Assembly: GCA_944324835.1 (NCBI GenBank)
Contig: CALUXV010000004.1
Coordinates: 763-64,762 of the forward strand
Direction of reading: 5' to 3'
Source: Candidatus Gastranaerophilales bacterium
Lineage (GTDB): Bacteria; Cyanobacteriota; Vampirovibrionia; Gastranaerophilales; Gastranaerophilaceae
Length of the DNA stretch: 64,000 bases
Part shown: in pieces, positions 56,516 through 64,000 of the stretch
Position numbering within the stretch: position 1 is the stretch's first letter
How the letters are laid out: the number at the start of each line of letters is the position of its first letter
The notes under the pieces: model-generated
Told to the model about the DNA's origin: nothing
Database searches by the model: none
What the model saw: the letters and a program-made list of their open reading frames with translations, nothing else
Made by a program: the position numbers and the translations under genes

Positions 56516-58042
56516 TTGTTATATTATAATTTTATGGTTTGTAAATGTATAACAGCAACGACTTACGGGATAAATGCTTATCTTGTGGAGGCAGAAATTG
56601 ATGTTATCAACTCTCTTCCAAATATTAGTATTGTCGGACTGCCGGATAATGCTGTATCAGAAGCAAAAGAAAGAATACGTTCAGCGATTAAAAATTCAGG
56701 ATTTAGTTTTCCAAAAGGACGTGTAGTAATAAATCTTGCCCCGGCAGATATAAAGAAAGAAGGTACAAACTTTGACCTTCCGATGGCAGTTGGAATACTT
56801 TTAGAAGAAGGATTGTTGGATGAAAAAGCTACAGAAAATAATGCGTTTATCGGAGAACTTTCTTTAGACGGCTCATTACGTGCTGTAAACGGGATTTTAC
56901 CTTTAGTCAGTGAATTACAAAACCAAAATATTAAAACCGTATTTGTCCCGAAAGAAAATGCGAAAGAAGCCGCACTTGTTCAAGGAATAAATGTCATAGG
57001 TATAGAACACCTTGGAGATATTGTAAGACATTTTACAGAATCACCTATTACTCCTACATTTGTCGATATAGAAGAGTATTTTGAACACTCTGGAGAAGAA
57101 TATTTATACGATTTTAAAGAAGTAAAAGGTCAAGAAAAAGCAAAAAAAGCACTGGAAATCGCAGCAGCCGGCGGACATAATCTATTAATGACAGGTTCTC
57201 CCGGCTCCGGTAAAACTCTTATGGCAAAATGTTTTCCATCTATCCTTCCTCCGCTGGAATTATCAGAAGCATTTGAACTTACAAGGATTTACAGTGTTTC
57301 AGGTCTCCTTACCGCAGATAAACCGTTAATTACGCAAAGACCGTTCAGACCTGTTCATCATACAGCATCTGCAACAGGTATCATAGGCGGCGGTACAAAT
57401 CCAAAACCGGGAGAAATAACACTTGCGCACAGAGGAGTTTTATTTTTGGATGAAATGGTTGAATTTCCGAGAAATGTTCTTGAGACTTTAAGACAACCGC
57501 TGGAGGACGGTGAAATTGTTATTTCAAGAAGCAAATATTCAATAAAATATCCGGCAAAATTTATGCTAATAGGAGCTATGAATCCTTGTCCATGCGGTTT
57601 TTTAGGTGACAAAGAAAAACACTGCACCTGCTCGGAAACCCAGATTCAAAGATATCAATCCAGACTTTCAGGACCTTTACTTGATAGAATTGATTTAATA
57701 ATAAACGTACCCCGTTTAAAAACCGAAGAATTAATTAATACAAAAGAAAGTGAACCATCTGCACAAATCAGAAAAAGAGTTATAAAAGCCCGAAAAATGC
57801 AGGCTGAAAGATATAAAAATGACGGAATATTAACCAACTCTGAACTGTCCAATAAATTAATCAAAAAATATTGTGAACTCTCTAATAAATCATTAGAAAT
57901 GATGCAAACAGCCGCAAAAATATACCAGCTTTCAGGCCGAAAATATAATCGCATATTGAAACTTGCAAGAACAATTGCAGATTTGGACGGTTCTGAAAAG
58001 ATTTCAGAAACACATATTTCTCAAGCAATTCAATATAAATAA
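56516..58042 (+). CDS. comM: ComM/YifB Mg-chelatase-like AAA+ ATPase
   Basis: 508 aa. Walker A 'GSPGSGKT', 'LFLDEM', Cys cluster 'NPCPCGF...HCTC'. The true start may be the ATG at 56534. Confidence 0.9.
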   Translation: MLYYNFMVCKCITATTYGINAYLVEAEIDVINSLPNISIVGLPDNAVSEAKERIRSAIKNSGFSFPKGRVVINLAPADIKKEGTNFDLPMAVGILLEEGLLDEKATENNAFIGELSLDGSLRAVNGILPLVSELQNQNIKTVFVPKENAKEAALVQGINVIGIEHLGDIVRHFTESPITPTFVDIEEYFEHSGEEYLYDFKEVKGQEKAKKALEIAAAGGHNLLMTGSPGSGKTLMAKCFPSILPPLELSEAFELTRIYSVSGLLTADKPLITQRPFRPVHHTASATGIIGGGTNPKPGEITLAHRGVLFLDEMVEFPRNVLETLRQPLEDGEIVISRSKYSIKYPAKFMLIGAMNPCPCGFLGDKEKHCTCSETQIQRYQSRLSGPLLDRIDLIINVPRLKTEELINTKESEPSAQIRKRVIKARKMQAERYKNDGILTNSELSNKLIKKYCELSNKSLEMMQTAAKIYQLSGRKYNRILKLARTIADLDGSEKISETHISQAIQYK

Positions 58043-58177
58043 TTTTGAATATTGGTTTTTCTAAAAAAAACCTTAAATATCATATAGCAACCTACTCTAT
58101 AAAGAGGAATATTTTTTAAACTAATAAAGAATCTCCTTTTTATACCGATATTCTAGTTATAGAATGAGGATTCCTTT

Positions 58178-59428
58178 ATGTTTGCAGACAGAATAAATAC
58201 ATATACCCCTGTAAAGGAAGATAAACTCAAATCCCAATCAAATCAAAATTTTGATTTTGAGGGAGAAGGATTCTCTTCTATGCTGGAAAAAGATGAAACA
58301 TTATCAGGGAAACTAAGGGAAACAGAAGCAGAAATTAGGGAAGACGAATCTATACTTTCGACAGACGAAGAAAACAAAGCTATCGCTAAAAAACGAACAG
58401 CGGAAGCGGAAACTGCCGCACACAATAAAAAACAAGAATCTCCTGCGGATAAGAAACCGGACGCAGATGCCAGAAATGTGTTGAAACTGATGGATATATC
58501 GACTAAGGTTAATATGCCGCCGATACACGTTTCAAAAAGCAAAAAAGAACTTGAAAACATGACAGGTTCCGTTTCTGAAACAGTTGATGAACTTTCTGGA
58601 CTTGTACAATTAATGTCAAATACTCCGAAAAAAGAAGAACAAGAAGATAAACCGTTTGAAACAACTATTGATTTGAGTACAAGCGAAGAAAAAATGTCAG
58701 ATTCTAAAAAAAGCAAAAAAGATGACACGCTGCATGAAACTCAAGAAGAACTCTTGGAAGATATGTCAATTCTTTCAACAGATGAAGAAAACCTTGCAAT
58801 GGCGAGAAAAAACAGCGAATATAAACCGCTTTCGGATGAGGATTACAGCCGAAACGGAGAAGAAGATATGGAACTTTTATCAGAAATCCAAAGTATCCAT
58901 AATCAGGCACAAATAGAAGTTAACGACTCTTACAAAATAAAAAAAGCTGAATCTGTAATGGCGCAGGTAATAGAAGAAAGCAAGAATAAAATAAGAACAA
59001 TAAATGCTTCTGATTTATCATCAGAAGATGTGGATTATATTATCAATCTTTTAAAACAAGGGACTGCAGATTTTAATTTTGAGGACAAAGAAAATCCGTC
59101 ATTATTATCAGCAAAATTCCTCTCATTACTTAAAGATTCGTTAATAAATAAAAAAGTTTTTCGTATAGATTTTGACAACGAAATTTCCGTCATTATAAAA
59201 ATAGATGTGGAAGGAAAAATCTCAGCAAATTTCTTAACATCAAGCAAAGAGCTGGAAGAAGGGTTAAAGAATAATCTATACATCTTAAGACAAAAATTTG
59301 AAGAGGAAGGTATCAAATACGATAGTATAGAGTATACCTCAACTTCAGATAATGATACACACATAGACATGCAGGAAGTAATAAAAACCATACAGGCTGC
59401 AGAAAAAACTAACAAAACGATACACTAA
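58178..59428 (+). CDS. fliK: FliK-like flagellar hook-length control protein
   Basis: 416 aa, acidic. C-terminal 'FRIDFDNEISVIIKIDVEGKISANFLTSSKELEEGLKNNLYILRQKFEEEGI' fits the Flg_hook/T3S4 pattern. Lies directly upstream of a hook-family gene. Confidence 0.6.
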   Translation: MFADRINTYTPVKEDKLKSQSNQNFDFEGEGFSSMLEKDETLSGKLRETEAEIREDESILSTDEENKAIAKKRTAEAETAAHNKKQESPADKKPDADARNVLKLMDISTKVNMPPIHVSKSKKELENMTGSVSETVDELSGLVQLMSNTPKKEEQEDKPFETTIDLSTSEEKMSDSKKSKKDDTLHETQEELLEDMSILSTDEENLAMARKNSEYKPLSDEDYSRNGEEDMELLSEIQSIHNQAQIEVNDSYKIKKAESVMAQVIEESKNKIRTINASDLSSEDVDYIINLLKQGTADFNFEDKENPSLLSAKFLSLLKDSLINKKVFRIDFDNEISVIIKIDVEGKISANFLTSSKELEEGLKNNLYILRQKFEEEGIKYDSIEYTSTSDNDTHIDMQEVIKTIQAAEKTNKTIH

Positions 59429-59448
59429 TATAAAGGAGAGAATCACCT

Positions 59449-60285
59449 ATGTATGATTCGTTTACAACGGCGATAAACACCCAAAGAGCAACAACCCATT
59501 GGATGGAAACATTAACCGATAACATGATGAACCAGTATACACCGGGTTTCAGAGAGAGCAAAGTAACGTTTAGTACTTTCTTAGGCGGTGCTATTGTTGA
59601 CAACCCTTTAAAAAACCAGGGACAGGGTAAATCAACACCTGGGACTTCTAACGAAAACGTGTTCTTTGAAGGAAGCGGATTTTTCATCACCAGAAATCCT
59701 GAAGGGAAAACAACCTATACCCGTTTAGGCGAATTTACATTTGATTCGGAAGGTATTTATCGTGCCAAAAACGGTGATACAGTTCAAGGTTATATCCTGA
59801 ATGACAACGGAGAAATAATGGCAGGCACAAAATCCATAAGTGCGGATTTATATGAAGAAACAGCATTAAAAGGCGGTGCATTAAGTATTCCGACAACAAA
59901 TATAAAAATGTGGATTGACCCGAATAACGGTAAGTTTATGGGGAAATATGACGAATACGAAATAAAAGAAGACGGTACAATATATGGTAAAGCTGACGGC
60001 GGTAAACGTTCTGTTCCGTTATACAAAATAGCAACTGCAAACTTCCATAATCCGGGCGGACTTTATGAGGTAAAAGAAGGATATTTTGTTGAAACAGACG
60101 AATCCGGTAAACCTGTAATCGGCAGAGGCTCAATCCGTTCAGGGCTTTTAGAACAAGCAAATACAGACTTTAAAGGTAATATGACGAACTATCAACAGGC
60201 AAAAGTTCAAATGGAACTTGTAAACGCTTTGATTAAGTCAAACAAAGAATTGTTAGAAGAAGCGATGAGATTAGTAAGTTCATAA
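59449..60285 (+). CDS. flgE: Flagellar hook/rod family protein (short FlgE-like)
   Basis: 278 aa. N-terminal 'NMMNQYTPGFRESKV' and C-terminal 'LLEQANTDFKGNMTNYQQAKVQMELVNALIKSNKELL' match the FlgE/F/G termini. SD AAGGAG. Confidence 0.65.
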   Translation: MYDSFTTAINTQRATTHWMETLTDNMMNQYTPGFRESKVTFSTFLGGAIVDNPLKNQGQGKSTPGTSNENVFFEGSGFFITRNPEGKTTYTRLGEFTFDSEGIYRAKNGDTVQGYILNDNGEIMAGTKSISADLYEETALKGGALSIPTTNIKMWIDPNNGKFMGKYDEYEIKEDGTIYGKADGGKRSVPLYKIATANFHNPGGLYEVKEGYFVETDESGKPVIGRGSIRSGLLEQANTDFKGNMTNYQQAKVQMELVNALIKSNKELLEEAMRLVSS

Positions 60286-60331
60286 TACTAATTTTTACAA
60301 AAGGTTATTAGTGTTAGTTAAACTCCATTTT

Positions 60332-60356
60332 AAGGGGCACTTTTGTGTCCCTTTTT
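60332..60356 (+). terminator. Intrinsic terminator after flgE-like gene
   Basis: Stem aaggggcac / gtgtccctt (one G-U pair) followed by a T-run. Confidence 0.75.
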
Positions 60357-60408
60357 ATTGGAATTATACATTATTGACCAAAGAGTAATTATAATCCGTA
60401 TCAAAGAT

Positions 60409-60437
60409 AAAAAAAAGACCTTGTGTTATCAAGGTCT
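60409..60437 (-). terminator. Minus-strand-oriented intrinsic terminator with no adjacent minus-strand gene
   Basis: 8-bp stem agaccttg / caaggtct (60416-60423 / 60430-60437), preceded on the plus strand by A8, which reads as a U8 tail on the minus strand. Confidence 0.5.
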
Positions 60438-60651
60438 GTCCGTTTAAATAAGAAGAGAGAGCTTTATACTTTACTAAAGTATTTAGAGAATAAAAAATTG
60501 CCTTTTTTGATTAATTTTTTGTCAAATTTGTTACAATTCGTAATATATCATCAGCTTTGTTACGGTTTGTTTACATTTTTATCAAATTTAAGCAATTATC
60601 ACATAACAAAAAACTTTATTTATATACAAGGGATATTTAGGAGATAAAATT

Positions 60652-61839
60652 ATGGCTAGTTCTTGGTATTTTACTACAGATTTAAATAGCAATTACGATA
60701 TTTATAGATTTGGGAATCATACCTTTGCTAATTTAGTAGATCCGACACCAAGTGCGAATGTTAGATTGGAATATATGGGAATACCTTTAGCATTAACAAA
60801 TAATTTTTGGACAGGTGCAGAATTTGCTCCTATAAATTTCTTTGATATTAGAAATAGTTATACAATGCCGCCTGTTCCATTCGGATTACAAATGTTCGGG
60901 ACTTTAACCGATCCAACTCACTATTCAGATGGGACATTAAGAAATTTTGACATAGGTTTAAGCGGATATAATAATAAAATCACAATGGATACTCTTATGC
61001 ATTATGGTATAAATCCGGCTAATTATATGTTTTCCGGATTAAAATTTAATTTTGGAACAACTTCAGGAATCACATTTACACCTCCAACTCAACATACTAC
61101 AACTGTAGATGCTGATAGAGTAGATAATTCTGACAAAGCTGTATTTGAAAGAAAAGTAAAACTTATCATAGAATGCGGCGACTATAAAGATGAAATTGCT
61201 AAAATCAGAAAAGAAATGGGAAATGACTATAAAAAAGGTATAGAAAAACTTGATGAACTAATGTCACAAATTGATGCTGATAAATTAAATGAAGCAGCGA
61301 AAAAGCTTTATCAAGCAGATCGCAAAAATATAGAAACCAGTGCTGCTAATATTGCAAATAACTGGGCAGAAGCAATTGCTAAAAAAGTTCCGGGTGATAA
61401 CTTCGAAGTTAATACTTCTTCTATAAATAAAAATAATGTTTTAGACGTTATCGGAAATTACATAAGACATGAAAAATTTTCAACCGGTAAATCTGAAATG
61501 TGGAATCCATTAATTACTGCTAATTATGACAAATTGTCAAAAGCAATATTTGAAAAAGCAGAAGATTTGAAAAAAATCGCATCTGATACTGATAAAGCAG
61601 CAATTGACACAGCTGTTAAAAACTTAAAAGATACTAAAGAAGCAAACAGACCTGAAAAATTTTATGATTTATTCAAGAAATTAAGAGAAATACAGGCTAC
61701 TGCTAATGATACTAAAGCTGCAGAAAGATATGGAGTTCCAAACAGTATAGCAGACACTTCTATCAAAGACGCAAAGACAGCTTATGATGAAGAAGTAGAA
61801 TCTTGGGAAAGCACTCCAAACATCAGCGCAGACTCTTAA
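60652..61839 (+). CDS. Hypothetical protein (395 aa): beta-rich N-terminal half, Lys/Ala/Glu-rich helical C-terminal half
   Basis: Strong SD AGGAG 8 nt before the ATG. No signal peptide or family recognised. Confidence 0.6.
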   Translation: MASSWYFTTDLNSNYDIYRFGNHTFANLVDPTPSANVRLEYMGIPLALTNNFWTGAEFAPINFFDIRNSYTMPPVPFGLQMFGTLTDPTHYSDGTLRNFDIGLSGYNNKITMDTLMHYGINPANYMFSGLKFNFGTTSGITFTPPTQHTTTVDADRVDNSDKAVFERKVKLIIECGDYKDEIAKIRKEMGNDYKKGIEKLDELMSQIDADKLNEAAKKLYQADRKNIETSAANIANNWAEAIAKKVPGDNFEVNTSSINKNNVLDVIGNYIRHEKFSTGKSEMWNPLITANYDKLSKAIFEKAEDLKKIASDTDKAAIDTAVKNLKDTKEANRPEKFYDLFKKLREIQATANDTKAAERYGVPNSIADTSIKDAKTAYDEEVESWESTPNISADS

Positions 61840-62663
61840 TCCAAACCTAAATCAAGTGTTGGAGCTTTAGCAACTATTGCGCTGGAAGATATTATATCAA
61901 CTCCTGTTAATGCAATATCTTTTAATGTTGTCAGGTTAACATTGCCGCTAGCTTCAACAACAGCTTTTCCGTTTATTTTTAGAACTGCCTCTCTCATTTT
62001 ATCTAAAGGCATATTATCAAGCATGATAATATCAACCCCGCATAATAAAGCTTCATCAACTTGAGCCAATGTATCACATTCAACTTCTATCTTATGTGCA
62101 TGAGAAAGTGATTTTTTTAAAATGTTAATCGCATTTGTTAAACCGCCTGCAAATTTTACATGATTATCTTTAATCATTGCGCAATCTGAAAGATTAAATC
62201 TATGAACAGAGCCGCAACCGGTTTTTACTGCATATTTTTCAAATATTCTGAAACAAGGAGTTGTCTTTCTGGTATCAACGATTTTTGCTTTTGTATCTTT
62301 TATTATATCCTGATACTTTCTGGTTTCAGTTGCAATGCCTGACATTCTTTGAACATAGTTAAGAGCAGTTCTTTCTCCGGTCAAAACTGCTCTTGCAGAA
62401 CCTTTAATATCTGCAATTTTATCACCTTTTTTTATTTCATCGCCATCATTAAAATAAAACCTTATTTCAATGTTCTTATCAAGAACTTCAAAAACTGTTT
62501 TAAAAACATCACGTCCGCAAAATATTCCATCAACTCTTGTATTTAAAGAACATTCAAGTATATCATCTTCTGAAACCAGATTATCAGTTGTTATATCTTC
62601 AAAACTGATATCTTCTTTAAGAGCTTGCTTAACATGTTCTTCTATCAAAAATTTATTTAACAA
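61836..62663 (-). CDS. nadC: Nicotinate-nucleotide pyrophosphorylase (quinolinate phosphoribosyltransferase)
   Basis: 275 aa. 'GERTALNYVQRMSGIAT', 'DTRKTTP', 'IMLDNM'. Confidence 0.92.
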   Translation of the reverse strand: MLNKFLIEEHVKQALKEDISFEDITTDNLVSEDDILECSLNTRVDGIFCGRDVFKTVFEVLDKNIEIRFYFNDGDEIKKGDKIADIKGSARAVLTGERTALNYVQRMSGIATETRKYQDIIKDTKAKIVDTRKTTPCFRIFEKYAVKTGCGSVHRFNLSDCAMIKDNHVKFAGGLTNAINILKKSLSHAHKIEVECDTLAQVDEALLCGVDIIMLDNMPLDKMREAVLKINGKAVVEASGNVNLTTLKDIALTGVDIISSSAIVAKAPTLDLGLD

Positions 62664-64000
62664 AACTAGGTTCTCCTTGACCTTTTATAATACAATTATG
62701 AATTCCCATTTCTAATGTTTCAGGATAATCCAATCTGCAATGTGCCCCTCTTGATTCGCAGCGTTTCAGGGCAGATTTTATTATTAATTGAGAAACAGTT
62801 AGCATATTTCTGAATTCATATTCTGCTTTGTTCAAACATTTTGTTTTTCTATCAAATTTGCTTTTTAATCTATATATCAAATCCAAACCCTTGAGAAGGG
62901 AATCTTCCGTTCTGAGAATTCCGGCATTTTCCCACATAATGTCTTCCAGTTCTGTTTTCATAGAATCGATATCATAGTCAACATCACTCATCGGAATAGA
63001 ATAACTATCAATAACCTGCTTAATACTTTCATCAATTTTCCGTGGAGGAACAAGATTTACAAATGTCAGATAATTCGCAAGTTCATGAGCAGATACAACA
63101 CATTCCAGAAGAGAATTGCTAGCAAGCCTGTTCGCACCATGTAAACCTGTAGATGCACATTCACCTATTGCGTATAAACCTCTAATTGAAGTTCTGCCTT
63201 CAAGATTTGTTTTTATACCGCCCATCATATAATGTGCAGCAGGCGCAACAGGTATCAAATCCTTTGACATATCTATATTATATTTTTTACAAACTTTAGA
63301 TATTGTAGGGAATCTTCTTGCAAGTTTTTCTGCAGGAATTTTTGTTGCATCTAAAAATACATTATCTGCATTTGTTTTATGCATTCTGTCAAAAATAGCA
63401 CGGGTTACAACATCACGAGGTGCGAGTTCTTTAAGTTCGTGGTATTCAGACATAAACTCAATACCGTCTTTATCAACAAGCTTTGCACCTTCTCCTCTGA
63501 CAGATTCCGAGATTAAAAACCTTTTTTTAGAATCAGGAATGCAAAGTGCTGTCGGGTGAAATTGTACAAATTCCATATCCTGCAAAATCGCCCCTGCATT
63601 ATATGCTAATGCCAGCCCGTCCCCTGTTGCAACTGTCGGATTTGTTGTGTATTTATATAATTGTCCGATTCCTCCGGTTGCAAGAATAATTGCTGATGAA
63701 TATATCGTTTGATACTCATTTGTTAATGAATTATAGGTTATTAATCCTTTACATTCGCTGTCAGTATTTATTAAAAGTTCTGTTACAATAGAATCTTCCA
63801 TTATATCAATATTTGGATTTTCTTTTGTTCTCTTGCAGAGAGTTTTTTCTATTACACTTCCTGTCGCATCACCGCCGGCATGAAGAATCCTTCTTACACT
63901 ATGCGCTGCTTCAAGTGTATATGTAAGCTCTCCGTTTTCATCTCTATCAAATTCAACACCAAAATCAATTAAATCATTTATTACTTCATCTGAATTTTCA
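62653..64000 (-). CDS. nadB: L-aspartate oxidase; N-terminus lies beyond the right edge of the window
   Basis: The frame stays open from 63801 to 64000 and reads '...HSVRRILHAGGDATG...'. C-terminal part: 'HYMMGGI', 'GLYAIGECASTGLHGANRLASNSL'. Overlaps nadC by 11 nt. Confidence 0.92.
   Translation of the reverse strand, partial: ENSDEVINDLIDFGVEFDRDENGELTYTLEAAHSVRRILHAGGDATGSVIEKTLCKRTKENPNIDIMEDSIVTELLINTDSECKGLITYNSLTNEYQTIYSSAIILATGGIGQLYKYTTNPTVATGDGLALAYNAGAILQDMEFVQFHPTALCIPDSKKRFLISESVRGEGAKLVDKDGIEFMSEYHELKELAPRDVVTRAIFDRMHKTNADNVFLDATKIPAEKLARRFPTISKVCKKYNIDMSKDLIPVAPAAHYMMGGIKTNLEGRTSIRGLYAIGECASTGLHGANRLASNSLLECVVSAHELANYLTFVNLVPPRKIDESIKQVIDSYSIPMSDVDYDIDSMKTELEDIMWENAGILRTEDSLLKGLDLIYRLKSKFDRKTKCLNKAEYEFRNMLTVSQLIIKSALKRCESRGAHCRLDYPETLEMGIHNCIIKGQGEPSFVK

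Noticed and set aside
60423-60647. 74-aa ORF (GTG start) between flgE-like gene and the 395-aa hypothetical gene
   Set aside because: It sits in AT-rich promoter/leader DNA and starts inside a terminator hairpin. It has no SD and a Leu/Phe/Asn-rich composition, and it ends 4 nt before a gene that has a strong SD.

Overview
This is an AT-rich, gene-dense chromosomal segment of about 60 protein genes from a flagellated bacterium. I recognised no rRNA, tRNA, CRISPR array, transposase, integrase or phage genes. All calls come from by-eye motif and context reading; no searches or folding were run.

Housekeeping genes: ispH plus an S1-domain gene, ispG, rlmN, dtd, gap, grpE-dnaJ, proB-proA-tyrA, pnuC, nadC-nadB (nadB runs off the right edge), trxA, cobO, anmK, comM and a divergent GH77 (malQ-like) gene.

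Flagellar genes are scattered over four loci: a Maf-like gene, flgN-flgK-flgL, fliC, and a fliK-like plus flgE-like pair.

Envelope and glycan genes: an SLT transglycosylase, an SLH-domain protein, a GT2 / aldolase-like / HAD / epimerase cluster, and two tandem TPR + GT9-like paralogues.

Most unusual items:
1. A 5'-truncated ORF (1-2451) made of about 19 near-identical 51-bp repeats. They encode a Pro/Met-rich 17-aa unit in three blocks, followed by an H11 tract and an unassigned C-terminal domain.
2. A translationally coupled pair of HTH-WYL regulators (PafBC-like) with no neighbouring defence genes. A GC-rich non-coding element ending in a strong terminator lies just upstream.
3. An 814-bp non-coding region carrying three CU-rich (anti-Shine-Dalgarno-like) motifs next to a bidirectional terminator.
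4. A grpE-dnaJ operon without dnaK or hrcA. It is headed by an unknown membrane protein and continues into a secreted beta-propeller and an O-methyltransferase.
5. Three convergent gene pairs that share a palindromic TTAA as mutual stop codons.
6. An orphan minus-strand terminator that implies long antisense read-through.

I could not demonstrate a complete novel multi-gene system such as a defence island or mobile element from the sequence alone; the items above are the best candidates. Taxon is undetermined. Low GC, flagella and an SLH-domain protein fit a diderm lineage such as Melainabacteria or Negativicutes, but this is inference only.
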